The position numbers were made by a program, and so were the translations under genes. The notes below the pieces were generated by a model. That model ran no database searches. It was not told where the DNA came from and saw nothing but the letters and a program-made list of their open reading frames with translations. Positions 1-9,607 of a stretch of DNA of 64,000 bases are shown here, piece after piece (position 1 is the stretch's first letter; the number at the start of each line of letters is the position of its first letter). Source of the DNA: an uncultured Anaerolineae bacterium (GTDB taxonomy: Bacteria; Chloroflexota; Anaerolineae; JAFGEY01); NCBI GenBank assembly GCA_964428175.1, contig CAYRXM010000001.1:33977-97976 (forward strand), written 5' to 3'.

Positions 1-1533
1 GTCACCCCCAACCACAACTTTTTGGGCACGGTGACGGCGCTGCGCGACATTACCCGCGAGGTAGAGGCCGACCGGGCCAAGACCGAGTTTGTATCCACCG
101 TATCGCACGAACTGCGCACCCCGCTGACCTCGATCAAGGGCTACACAGACTTGCTGCACGCCGGCGCAGTCGGCCCGATCAACGAAGCCCAAAAGCGCTT
201 TATGGCGATCATTAAAAACAACGCCGACCGGCTGACCCTGCTAATCAACGATCTGCTCGACATTTCGCGCATCGAAACAGGGCGGATCAAACTCGACATG
301 CAGTCAGTGAATCTGATCGAAGTGATCAACGATGTCGTCGAATCGCTGCGCGGGCAGATCGAGGAAAAAGGCCTCAATCTGGACCTGACCCTGCCCGAAG
401 GCCCGGTCGAAGTGCATGCCGACCGTGCCCGGATGGTGCAGGTTGTCACCAACCTGTTGAGCAACGCCTACAAATACACCGACGAAGGATGGGTTCACCT
501 CTCATTGTCCATGCTCGAGGACAACATTCGCCTCGACATTGCCGACAGCGGCATCGGCATCTCGACCGACGACCTGTCCAGGATATTTGAGCGTTTTTAC
601 CGCGCCGATACCCCGGTGGTCGAAGGCCGCGGCGGCACCGGGCTGGGCCTGTCGATCACCAAAGACCTGGTCGAGCTGCACGGCGGGCGCATCTGGGTGC
701 AGAGCGAGTTGGGTGTCGGCAGCACGTTCACGGCCATCCTGCCGGCGCTGAACCGCAAACTGCCTACGCTGCTGCAAGAACTGCCGGTCGGCACGAAAAA
801 GATACTCGTCGTCGACGACGACCGCGACATCGTATCGCTCTTGCGCTACCAGTTGCAGATGCGCGGCTATCAGGTCATCGTCGCCGCCAACGGCGAGCAG
901 GCCATCCGCCGCGCCATAGAAGACCAGCCCAACCTGATCACGCTCGACATTTTGCTGCCCGACCGGAACGGGTTCGAGGTGCTGCGCGAACTCAAGGAAC
1001 GCGAAGAGACCGCGCACATCCCGGTGATTGTCCTGTCGGTGGTGCAAGACGAATCGAGCGGCTACCGGCTGGGCGCGGCAGATTACATCACCAAGCCGCT
1101 CAACGAAGCGCGCCTGATCGAAAGCGTGTCGCACGTGTTGGGCACCAAGGGCAAAATCCTCATCGCCGAAGATGACATCTCGACTGCGGAAATGCTGATG
1201 ACGCTGCTGGAGCGTCACGAATTCCAGGTGCTGCACGCCAGAGACGGCTATGAGGCGCTGACCTTTGCGCGGCGCGAGCGGCCGGGGCTGATCCTGATGG
1301 ACCTCAGGATGCCCGGCATGGATGGCTATGAGGCGCTGGCCCGGCTCAAAAAAGACCCTACCACGCGCCGCATCCCAATTTTGGCCATGTCGGCCCATAC
1401 CGTTGATGCCATACAGGAAAGAATCAAACTTCAGGAAATGGGCGCCTACGATCTTTTTGCCAAACCGTTTGACCTTGACGACCTGATCGCCGAGATCGTC
1501 AAGGTACAGAGCGAGACGCCAGAGGACGTATGA
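1..1533 (+). CDS. hybrid sensor histidine kinase with two C-terminal receiver domains (5' end outside window)
   Basis: Frame 1 is open from nt 1. H-box SHELRTPL, N-box [11 protein letters not shown]-boxes DSGIGI and GGTGLGLSI. Two REC domains follow (ILVVDDDRD...[10 protein letters not shown]; ILIAEDD...[10 protein letters not shown]). Confidence 0.9.
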   Translation, partial: VTPNHNFLGTVTALRDITREVEADRAKTEFVSTVSHELRTPLTSIKGYTDLLHAGAVGPINEAQKRFMAIIKNNADRLTLLINDLLDISRIETGRIKLDMQSVNLIEVINDVVESLRGQIEEKGLNLDLTLPEGPVEVHADRARMVQVVTNLLSNAYKYTDEGWVHLSLSMLEDNIRLDIADSGIGISTDDLSRIFERFYRADTPVVEGRGGTGLGLSITKDLVELHGGRIWVQSELGVGSTFTAILPALNRKLPTLLQELPVGTKKILVVDDDRDIVSLLRYQLQMRGYQVIVAANGEQAIRRAIEDQPNLITLDILLPDRNGFEVLRELKEREETAHIPVIVLSVVQDESSGYRLGAADYITKPLNEARLIESVSHVLGTKGKILIAEDDISTAEMLMTLLERHEFQVLHARDGYEALTFARRERPGLILMDLRMPGMDGYEALARLKKDPTTRRIPILAMSAHTVDAIQERIKLQEMGAYDLFAKPFDLDDLIAEIVKVQSETPEDV

Positions 1534-4500
1534 GTCTGCAACAGACTGTGCCAGTCGTACAACCAGGTACGTCGCTGCCCATGGATGCCGCCGGGGGACG
1601 CTCCCGCGTCATCGAATTGGTGGTGCTGCAGCGAATTGGCCGCGCACTCAACTCGACGCTGGACGAAAAAGAGATTTTGCACCTCTTGATCGAGGAAACG
1701 GTCGATGTGACGCCGGCCGAACAAGGAAACGTCTTCCTGTACGACCCGGCGCAGGCCTGCCTTTTGCCGCAAGCGTGGTTTGGCTATACAGGCGAGCAGG
1801 TAGAGCGGCTGAACCGCCTGGGCCGCGATTTCAACCGTGGGATCATCCACCGCGTATTCGACAGCGGGCAGGCCGCAGTGACGCACGATGTCACCCAGGA
1901 CCCGGATTACGTGCAAATTGCGCCCGGCACCCGTTCCGAGCTGACCGTGCCCATCCGTCACGGCCTCGACGTCGTCGGCGTGATCGACCTGGAGAGTTCG
2001 CAGCCAGAAGCGTTTGACGAGGGCACGCTGCGCTTTGTGCTGGCCATCGCCGAACAGGCCGGTGTCGCCATCGGCAATGCGCGGCGGTTTGCCGAGCAGG
2101 TGGCGCGCGAGCAAGTGGTGACGCGGCGCAACGAGCAACTGCGCCATCTGCTCGAAATCTCGCGCATGTTTGGGCAGCAGCACGCGCTAGACGATCTGCT
2201 CGACATCATTGTCCAGGCCATCCCGGAGACAGTCGGGTTCAACATGGCCCTGCTCAGCCTGGTCGAAGGCCAGCCGCTCCAACTGCGCCGGGTGGCCGCC
2301 GCGGGCGTCCCGTTGGCCGATTTTGAACGCTTGCAGCAGGTCACGCGGCCATTGGAAACTCTGGAACGCACCTTGAAAGATAAATACCGGATCGGCCAGT
2401 CCTACTTTTTCCCGCACCAGCAGCGCGCCGATTGGGACGACGGGTACACGCACAGCGTGCTCGACGCGCCGAAAGACTGGCAGGAGGGCCGCTGGCACCC
2501 CAATGATATGCTGCTCGTGCCGCTGCGAGACAGCACCGGCGTGCTGTTGGGGCTGATCTCGGTCGATGACCCGCAAAACGGCCTGCTGCCCACCCAGGAC
2601 ACGATCCAGACGCTCGAACTGTTTGCCCACGAAGCAGCACTGGCCATCGAGACCGCGCGCCTGCTCGACCAATCGCGGCGGCACGTTGCCGAACTGGAAC
2701 TGCTCCAGCAGGTCGGGTTTCGCATCGCCTCGTCCCTCGATTTGACCACCGTGCTGGAAACCATCGTCGCAAGTGCGCTGGAATTGGTTCCGGCCAGCGA
2801 TGTGCGCATTTATTTGTACGATCAACCCAGCGGCAGGTTCGAGTGCGGCACGCACAAATCGCGCCCAGGTGTCCCACCCAGGCCGATGCTCCCGCCGCGC
2901 CCGAACGGGTTTACCGCCCACGTGGCCCGGGCCGGCGAAGTGCAGGTCATCAATGACGCGCCGAGACACGAGTTGTACGCGGACCCGGCAACCAAGCATT
3001 GGAATGTACAGGCCATCGCCGGGTTCCCCTTTAAGCGTGCGGGCGAAATCCTGGGCGTGATGGATGTTTCATTTTTCTACGAACATCAATTTACGAAAAA
3101 GGAACTGGATTTACTGGCCCTGTTGGCCAACCAGGCCGCGGTATCCATCGACAATGCGCGCCTGTACGAGAACGCCAGGCGGCGCGCCACCCATCTGGAT
3201 GCGCTGTGGCACGTCAACCAGCAGTTGGCGACCATCCGCGACTTTGACGAGCTGCTCAAGCAGGTGGTGCAGATCATCAGCCGCTATTTCGATTATGATC
3301 ATATCAACCTGTACCTGCTCGATGCTGCGCGCGCCGAATTGATCTTGCGGGCGCACTCGGGCCAACAGGAAGACGATGCCGAACCGGCAGCGCGCGTCGC
3401 CGTCGGCCAGCCTGGATGCCTCATCGCCTGGGTGGCGGCCAACAACCGCTCGTCGCTGCTCGACGCGGCGTCGAATGGCCCGGTGGCTTTTCCATCGTCG
3501 AGCATGCAGTTGCTCGGCACCTGCTCCGAACTGGCCGTGCCGCTGTACATCGGCGAGCAGGTTGCCGGCGTGCTGGACGTACACAGCCACCGCGCAGAGG
3601 CGTTGAGCCGCGAGGACTTGTTCGTGATCGAATCTTTGGGCGCGCAGTTGTCGGTGGCCTTTGAGAACGCCCGCCTCTACGATGAACTGGAGCAGCGTGT
3701 GCTCAACCGCACCGCCGAACTGGCCGATGCACTCAAACAGCAGGCGCTCGAAGTGGACAAGACCCGCGCCATCGTCGAGAGCATTTCGGACGCGGTGATC
3801 GTCTTTAACCCCAGGGGCGACGTGGTGCTGGTCAACCCCGGCGTCGAGCGCACGTTTGGGGTGCCTTACCGGCAGTGGATGCGCTGTAACCTGAGCGGCA
3901 GGTTGCCCACTCTGTCCAAGCGAGACAGCGACACGATGCGCGGGGTGTTTGAGACCGTGCGCCAGGCCCGCCAGGAACTCGCCAGCGGGCGCGAACTGGT
4001 TACGGCCACCTTTGAAGTGCCGGACCGCGTCATTACGGCCAGTTTCGCCTCGGTGCTGCTGCGCGATCTGGAACCGTTGAACGTCGTCGCGGTATTCCGC
4101 GACATCACCCGCGAAGTGCAGCTCGACCGGATGAAGAGCGAGTTTATCGCCATGGCTGCCCATGAACTGCGCACGCCCATGACATCGATCACCGGCTATG
4201 TCAACCTGATGGTCACCGAAAAAGCCGGACCCATCAACGACATACAGCGCCAATTTCTGCGCGTGATCAGCGCCAATTCAAACCGGCTGATGACCCTGGT
4301 CACTGACCTGCTGGACATTTCCAAGATCGAAGCTGAAGGCCTGCGGCTGAACCTGGCTTCCGAGTCGATGGCCGACATTGTGGCCGAAATCGTTCTGTCC
4401 TTCCAGCAGCAAATCGAGGAAAAAGGACAAGTGCTGGTCGTACATGTGCCCACCGATTTGCCCGAAATCCGGGCCGACCGCGACCGCATGATCCAGGTGG

Positions 4501-4829
4501 TGACCAACCTGGTCAGCAATGCCTTCAAATACACGCCCCAGGGCGGCGAAATCACGGTCGAGGCCTGGTGCGACAACGGTCATTTGGTTCTGGATGTGCG
4601 CGATACGGGCATTGGCATTTCGCCGCAAGACCAGGAACGGCTGTTCTCGCGCTTTTTCCGGGCCGATAATGCCATCGAAACGCAGGAAGGCGGCACTGGC
4701 TTGGGGCTGGTGATTACGCGCGAGATCATCGAGCGACACGGTGGAAACATTGAGGTCAGGAGTGAGTTGGGCGCCGGCACCACTTTTCGGGTGAGCCTGC
4801 CACTGGGGCAGGCTCCGCGTTCCAACTGA
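1530..4829 (+). CDS. multi-GAF / PAS sensor histidine kinase
   Basis: ATGA start/stop overlap with the upstream HK. Four GAF-like blocks end in AEQAGVAIGNARRF, AHEAALAIETARLL, ANQAAVSIDNARLY and GAQLSVAFENARLY. A PAS-like segment follows, then H-box AHELRTPM and HATPase_c (NLVSNAFKYT, DTGIGI, GGTGLGLVI). Confidence 0.9.
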   Translation: MSLQQTVPVVQPGTSLPMDAAGGRSRVIELVVLQRIGRALNSTLDEKEILHLLIEETVDVTPAEQGNVFLYDPAQACLLPQAWFGYTGEQVERLNRLGRDFNRGIIHRVFDSGQAAVTHDVTQDPDYVQIAPGTRSELTVPIRHGLDVVGVIDLESSQPEAFDEGTLRFVLAIAEQAGVAIGNARRFAEQVAREQVVTRRNEQLRHLLEISRMFGQQHALDDLLDIIVQAIPETVGFNMALLSLVEGQPLQLRRVAAAGVPLADFERLQQVTRPLETLERTLKDKYRIGQSYFFPHQQRADWDDGYTHSVLDAPKDWQEGRWHPNDMLLVPLRDSTGVLLGLISVDDPQNGLLPTQDTIQTLELFAHEAALAIETARLLDQSRRHVAELELLQQVGFRIASSLDLTTVLETIVASALELVPASDVRIYLYDQPSGRFECGTHKSRPGVPPRPMLPPRPNGFTAHVARAGEVQVINDAPRHELYADPATKHWNVQAIAGFPFKRAGEILGVMDVSFFYEHQFTKKELDLLALLANQAAVSIDNARLYENARRRATHLDALWHVNQQLATIRDFDELLKQVVQIISRYFDYDHINLYLLDAARAELILRAHSGQQEDDAEPAARVAVGQPGCLIAWVAANNRSSLLDAASNGPVAFPSSSMQLLGTCSELAVPLYIGEQVAGVLDVHSHRAEALSREDLFVIESLGAQLSVAFENARLYDELEQRVLNRTAELADALKQQALEVDKTRAIVESISDAVIVFNPRGDVVLVNPGVERTFGVPYRQWMRCNLSGRLPTLSKRDSDTMRGVFETVRQARQELASGRELVTATFEVPDRVITASFASVLLRDLEPLNVVAVFRDITREVQLDRMKSEFIAMAAHELRTPMTSITGYVNLMVTEKAGPINDIQRQFLRVISANSNRLMTLVTDLLDISKIEAEGLRLNLASESMADIVAEIVLSFQQQIEEKGQVLVVHVPTDLPEIRADRDRMIQVVTNLVSNAFKYTPQGGEITVEAWCDNGHLVLDVRDTGIGISPQDQERLFSRFFRADNAIETQEGGTGLGLVITREIIERHGGNIEVRSELGAGTTFRVSLPLGQAPRSN

Positions 4830-4862
4830 GCGGCGCAATGGAAAACATGGAGTGAGGAGAGT

Positions 4863-5240
4863 ATGGCCTTAATCTTGATTGCAGAAGACGAAAAGGATAT
4901 CCGGGAACTGATCCAGTTCAGCCTGACCTTTGCCGGGTTCCAAGTCGTAACTGCCTCGAATGGCAAAGAACTGGTCGAAACGGCCAAGTCGATGAAAGTC
5001 AAGCCCGATTTGATCATGTCTGACGTGCGCATGCCCCAGATGACAGGCTATGAGGCCTGCGCAGAGATCAAAAAGATAGCCGAGTTGAGGGACATTCCGG
5101 TGGTCTTTTTGTCGGCCAAGGGCCAGGAGTCAGAAATTCAAACGGGGCTGGATTCGGGCGCGCACGAGTATATTCTCAAGCCATTTGCGCCCGATGAGTT
5201 GATCAAGCGCGTGAGCGAGATCGTCAGTAAAGCGAAATAA
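4863..5240 (+). CDS. single-domain response regulator (CheY-like)
   Basis: RBS GAGGAGA lies upstream. REC signature LIAEDEKD...IMSDVRMPQMTGYE...YILKPF. Confidence 0.9.
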   Translation: MALILIAEDEKDIRELIQFSLTFAGFQVVTASNGKELVETAKSMKVKPDLIMSDVRMPQMTGYEACAEIKKIAELRDIPVVFLSAKGQESEIQTGLDSGAHEYILKPFAPDELIKRVSEIVSKAK

Positions 5241-5295
5241 CCCTCAAGCGGATTGGTGGAAAGAAAAAATTGGGCTTGACAACTGAGGTTTGGGT

Positions 5296-6084
5296 ATGAG
5301 TGCCCTGGTACTGGATGGTGGGGTCGTACATTATGAATACTTTGGACGCGGTCGCCCGCTGATTTTCATCCATGGGTGGTTGGGTTCGTGGCGCTATTGG
5401 GTGCCGGCTATGGATGAACTGTCGGAAACCAAGCGCGTCTATGCTTTTGACCTGTGGGGGTTTGGCGACTCGGACAAGTCGCGGCTGCGCTACACGGTAG
5501 ACAGCTATGTCGAGCTGCTGCACGCCTTTATCGACGAATTGGGCGTGTTCGGGCAGATTCCCCTTGTCGGGCATGCGCTGGGCGCGACGGTGGCCGTGTC
5601 TTTTGCCGATGCCTATCCCGACTATGTGGACCGTGTGATGGCGGTCGGACTGCCCCTGGTCGGCACAGCGATCAACCGCCGCTTTTTGTCCGGCGGCGGC
5701 GGCTTTTTGGACCGCGTGCTCGGCCGCTCGCCGACAGCCGGATATGACACCGTAGAACAGGAAGCCAGCCGGGCTTCTCCCGAAGCGATCAGCCAGAGCG
5801 TCCAATCGGTGATGAGCATCGACCTCAAGCCGGTCATCGCCTCGCTTCAGGTGCCGCTGCTGGCCCTCTATGGCGAGAGCGATAACGTGGTGACGCCGGC
5901 AACCGAAGAGGAATTTTCCGGGTTGAACACAGCCGCACGGCTGATGAGCATGCCCGAAGCGCGACATTTCCCCATGCTCGATCGCAGCAGCCAGTTCAAT
6001 CGCCTGCTGCTCGACTTTTTGGAGTGTGGCAGCGATTTGAGCGAGCTGGAACTCAAGGAAGAGTGGCAGCGCCGCATCAGATAG
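5296..6084 (+). CDS. alpha/beta-fold hydrolase family protein (nucleophile Ser replaced by Ala)
   Basis: Oxyanion HGWLGS, nucleophile elbow VGHALGA (G-H-A-L-G), acid YGESDNVV and His ARHFPM are present. The ATG at 5296 is preferred over the TTG at 5290. Confidence 0.8.
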   Translation: MSALVLDGGVVHYEYFGRGRPLIFIHGWLGSWRYWVPAMDELSETKRVYAFDLWGFGDSDKSRLRYTVDSYVELLHAFIDELGVFGQIPLVGHALGATVAVSFADAYPDYVDRVMAVGLPLVGTAINRRFLSGGGGFLDRVLGRSPTAGYDTVEQEASRASPEAISQSVQSVMSIDLKPVIASLQVPLLALYGESDNVVTPATEEEFSGLNTAARLMSMPEARHFPMLDRSSQFNRLLLDFLECGSDLSELELKEEWQRRIR

Positions 6085-6099
6085 GCGCAGAAATGCAGA

Positions 6100-6137
6100 G
6101 GCCCAGGCCGGTCAACCGGCCTGGGCCTTTGTGGTTT
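6100..6137. terminator. hairpin terminator between convergent genes
   Basis: GGCCCAGGCCGG-TCAA-CCGGCCTGGGCC followed by TTTGTGGTTT. Confidence 0.6.
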
Positions 6138-6166
6138 GGGGCAGTCAGCGCCAGACCCCCCTCCGA

Positions 6167-6928
6167 TCAGGGTACGATGATCCGCACGTAGGCCTGATCG
6201 CCGAAAAAGTTGCCATTCGGGCGTCGCAAGCGCCAATAGCCGGTATAGGCGCCCGGCGCATCGGGCGCAACCATCTCGACGCTGACGTCTACGAGGCGTC
6301 CCGGCTCAACCAATTCCACCGTCACCTCTGAAGTGGCGTTCATCAGCGCGCCCGAGATGAACACCCACTCGGTGCCCTCCTCCCACAAGCACTCACCGTC
6401 GTTGCGCAGCCGCCAGGTCTTGGTGAAACGGACGCCGCTGTTGTACAACGAGTCGTCCGGAACGGTCACGTCTTCGACAAAGCGCGCCGAAGGCTCGCAC
6501 CCAGAATCGACAACCAGCGTCGGCTCTGCGGTCGGTGCGGGTGTCGGTGTGGGCAGCGGCGTCAGCACTTCGACGACTACGGTAGCCGGCAAACTGACCT
6601 GCCCATCGACATTGTGCGCTTTGACCATCAGCGTGTGCGTACCCAGCGAAGAGGCATCCCAAATCTGGATCACATCAAAGGCAAGCTCACTGCCTTTGCC
6701 CGGCCTGTCAACCTGGTACAACCGCCCATCGACCCACAGCTCGGTCTTGGCGATGTCCCGCTCGCTCTGTGCCACCGACTGCACCAGCACGCGGTCGCCC
6801 AGCCGCACCTGGATTTCGTTCGCCGGCGTCAGAATCGAGATCGTCGGCACATCGCCCCGCTTGGGCGCGCAGGCAACCAGGGCCAGGCCAACCAGGATAA
6901 TCAAACGTTTCAGACATGAATCTCGCAT
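6167..6928 (-). CDS. secreted lipoprotein with Ig-like and NBR1 FW-like domains
   Basis: Lipobox LALVAC after MRDSCLKRLIILVG. A PTPTPAPT linker precedes a C-terminal block, FTKTWRLRNDGECLWEEGTEWVFISG...GYWRLRRPNGNFFG, typical of NBR1-like FW domains. Start trimmed to the Met at 6928. Confidence 0.7.
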   Translation of the reverse strand: MRDSCLKRLIILVGLALVACAPKRGDVPTISILTPANEIQVRLGDRVLVQSVAQSERDIAKTELWVDGRLYQVDRPGKGSELAFDVIQIWDASSLGTHTLMVKAHNVDGQVSLPATVVVEVLTPLPTPTPAPTAEPTLVVDSGCEPSARFVEDVTVPDDSLYNSGVRFTKTWRLRNDGECLWEEGTEWVFISGALMNATSEVTVELVEPGRLVDVSVEMVAPDAPGAYTGYWRLRRPNGNFFGDQAYVRIIVP

Positions 6929-7145
6929 AGTGCTTCCTATCCGACGAAATCGGAACTGAACAGGGCTCGGCTGTCCGGGACGAAATTCTTGCACAAGAAC
7001 ACGATCCTGGTGGATAGGCCCTGACCAGCATCAAGATTTGGTATCAAAGGCGGAGTATAGTGCAACTTGGGCCTAAAGTCAATCGGGCTTGCCAATTGTG
7101 CTTTTGATACGGTTGTGGTAGAATCGTTCCGCCTGGGAGGATGTG

Positions 7146-8924
7146 ATGAGTGCGCTTTCGACCGTCCTGGCCCCGCTGATCGTGCTGGGGGTTGGGGCCG
7201 TGGTTTTTTATATTTCGGATCGATTTCTGTCCCCGCAAGACGAAGGACGGGCCGAAACCGTCGTTCTCGGCCTGGCGATTCTTTTCCTGCTGATCGGCAT
7301 TCCGCGCATCGATGAGGCTGTTCGCGCCGGCCCGCTGTTTGCCGTGACGTTGAACGCCGGCAAACCGGGCTGGATGCTGGCCTTTGTCTTGCTGACCGGC
7401 GCGCTGGCGGCCTCGTTGGTTGCCCGCGGCCGGCCGCGCCAGGGCCGGGCCGGCCGGCTGGCTGCGCTGGGCAGTGCGCTGCTTTTGATCTGGAGCACCG
7501 ATCGCGCGCTGCCGGTCGTCGCCTGGGTGCTGACCGATGTTGCCCTGCTCTACACACTGGCCCGCCGGCGCAACGAGGTCGAGCGCTTGACCCGGACCGG
7601 CTTTTTGAGCCTGCTGGGCGCGGTTCTGCTCGCCGTCGGCCTGTCGCTCGAACCGGCGGTCGAATCGACCAGGCTCACTGCTGCGGCCATCTCGCTGCTG
7701 CTGCTGGCCCTGGCCCTCCGCTTGATGCCGCCGCCGCTGCCCGCATGGCCGGCGTCGGCCGGCGAGACAGCGCCCCGGTCGCTGGATTTCCCCCGCCTGA
7801 TTGCCTTTCTCCTGCCGGCCGTTCTCGTCGCGGCGCTGGGCCAAAAATTCGCCGCGTGGGACGCGCTTGCGCTCACCAACACCCAGCAGTCGCTATACCT
7901 GCTCTGGGCCTCGCTGCTGCTGTTGATCGGCGCGCTGCGCGCCTGGGGCGCTCAGACGCCCGCGCAGTTGATCGAAACCACTTTTTTGTACGGTCAGGGG
8001 ATGATTTTGTGTGTCGTCGGGTTGCAGCTCGATCCGGCCATCCAGCTGGCCGCCGCCGCCGGCGCCATCCTCAGCGTTCTGACCTGGCAACTGGCCTGGA
8101 GCCAATGCCGGTATCTCAAGCCCGTCGTCCCACACACCTGGTGGCGTGCTTTTCCGGTCACACTGGCACTGGGTGCGCAGATCGGCCTGCCGTTGACGCT
8201 GGGCTTTCCGACGCGCATCGCCACTTATGCGGCCATCTTTGAGGGGCACAGGTGGCTCGTCTTGCTGCTGCTAATGGCTTCTGAGGTGCTTTTGTGGGGG
8301 GCATTGCTGCGCATTCTGTTCGACCTGGAAAGTGTAACCAGCAAGCCGCCCGCCTATCCGGCCTCCCAAACCGAGGTCGAAGGCAGCGCCGCATCCTTCG
8401 AACCGTCGCCACCTGGTGCGTGGCTGCGTCGCCTGGCCGCGCGGCCGCGCATCGCCCGGACAGTCGACGCTGTGCTTGATCGGGTCATCGAGCACTGGCT
8501 GCCAGCTGTTCGCCGTGTGGGGAGCAAGATCGAGCCGGGCTACATCGCCGGCGCTATCCCGGCGCTGCTCCTGCTCGTTTTGGGCCTGTTTCCCAACCTG
8601 TTGAGCCAGGGGCGCGATTTTCCCGGCCTGTTCCAGTGGCTGCGCATTCCGCAGCTGCCGGTGTGGGCGGCGCTGCTGCTGCCGGCCGTCGGCAGTCTGG
8701 TCGTCTACCGGCGGCAGGCATCGATCCTGAGGCTGTTTCAGGACTGGTGGCCGCTGGTCGAGCAGATATTTGGGCTGGAGTGGCTCTATCGCGCCATATA
8801 CAAGGTGTTGGGCCAACTCCGCGGCCTGATTTCGAGTACGACGCTCGTCATCGAAGGCGCGGGGTATATGGCCTGGGTCGTCCTGGTCTGCCTGATCATT
8901 CTGATTTTTGTGGTCTCGCGCTGA
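7146..8924 (+). CDS. polytopic membrane protein, degenerate NuoL/MrpA-like (proton-antiporter-like fold)
   Basis: RBS GGGAGG lies 5 nt upstream. There are many TM helices. MPPPLPAWPASAGETAPRSL resembles the PLH-WLP-A-EGPTPVS block of antiporter-like subunits. The C-terminal FGLEWLYRAIYKVL...VIEGAGYM resembles the NuoL tail. Confidence 0.6.
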   Translation: MSALSTVLAPLIVLGVGAVVFYISDRFLSPQDEGRAETVVLGLAILFLLIGIPRIDEAVRAGPLFAVTLNAGKPGWMLAFVLLTGALAASLVARGRPRQGRAGRLAALGSALLLIWSTDRALPVVAWVLTDVALLYTLARRRNEVERLTRTGFLSLLGAVLLAVGLSLEPAVESTRLTAAAISLLLLALALRLMPPPLPAWPASAGETAPRSLDFPRLIAFLLPAVLVAALGQKFAAWDALALTNTQQSLYLLWASLLLLIGALRAWGAQTPAQLIETTFLYGQGMILCVVGLQLDPAIQLAAAAGAILSVLTWQLAWSQCRYLKPVVPHTWWRAFPVTLALGAQIGLPLTLGFPTRIATYAAIFEGHRWLVLLLLMASEVLLWGALLRILFDLESVTSKPPAYPASQTEVEGSAASFEPSPPGAWLRRLAARPRIARTVDAVLDRVIEHWLPAVRRVGSKIEPGYIAGAIPALLLLVLGLFPNLLSQGRDFPGLFQWLRIPQLPVWAALLLPAVGSLVVYRRQASILRLFQDWWPLVEQIFGLEWLYRAIYKVLGQLRGLISSTTLVIEGAGYMAWVVLVCLIILIFVVSR

Positions 8925-8935
8925 GGGGCACGTCG

Positions 8936-9607
8936 ATGGCTTTTCTCGTCCAACTTGCCAATCTCTCCAGCATCCCCATCGTCATCGGCCTGGTGATCGC
9001 GGCTTCGATCATTGCTATCGCCCGCGACTGGCGATTTGGCCTGTGGGCGCTGCTGGTGCAATACGTACTGCTCGGTGCGCTTCACCTGCGTATGCTTCCG
9101 CCCGAACTGGCACTGATCAAGGTGCTGACCGGTCTGTTGATCTGCCCCATGATTTATTGGTCGGCGCGTTGGGTTGAAAGCGAACGCGCGCACAAGGCCG
9201 AGCTTGAGCGGCAGAGAATTGCCCGCGAACAGGGCCGGGTTCCGCTGCCGCCGCTGCCGTGGCCGCTGCGTCCGACCAGCGGCGTCTTTCGCCTGCTGGT
9301 CGTCTTGCTACTGGGCATGGTCTTGTACAGCGTGTCGATCTCGTTTCCGCTGCCGCTCATTGCTGCCGACATTGCCCCGGCCTGCGTCTGGCTGTGGTTG
9401 ATGGGCCTGCTGACGCTGGTGCTGACTGCCAACCCGCTCCCGACCGGGCTGGGCCTGCTCACCCTGGTTTCCGGCTTTGAACTCTATTTCGACGTGACCC
9501 AACCCGGCCTGGCCGGCATCGGCATCATGGCCGCGATCAACCTCTCGCTGGGGCTGGTCATCGCCTATCTGATCACCGTCGACGCGCTGACCGGAGAGGT
9601 GCTATGA
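8936..9607 (+). CDS. membrane protein (possible NuoJ/K-like partner)
   Basis: ATG lies 12 nt after the upstream stop. Several TM helices flank a charged ERAHKAELERQRIAREQ loop. Function is unknown. Confidence 0.55.
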   Translation: MAFLVQLANLSSIPIVIGLVIAASIIAIARDWRFGLWALLVQYVLLGALHLRMLPPELALIKVLTGLLICPMIYWSARWVESERAHKAELERQRIAREQGRVPLPPLPWPLRPTSGVFRLLVVLLLGMVLYSVSISFPLPLIAADIAPACVWLWLMGLLTLVLTANPLPTGLGLLTLVSGFELYFDVTQPGLAGIGIMAAINLSLGLVIAYLITVDALTGEVL

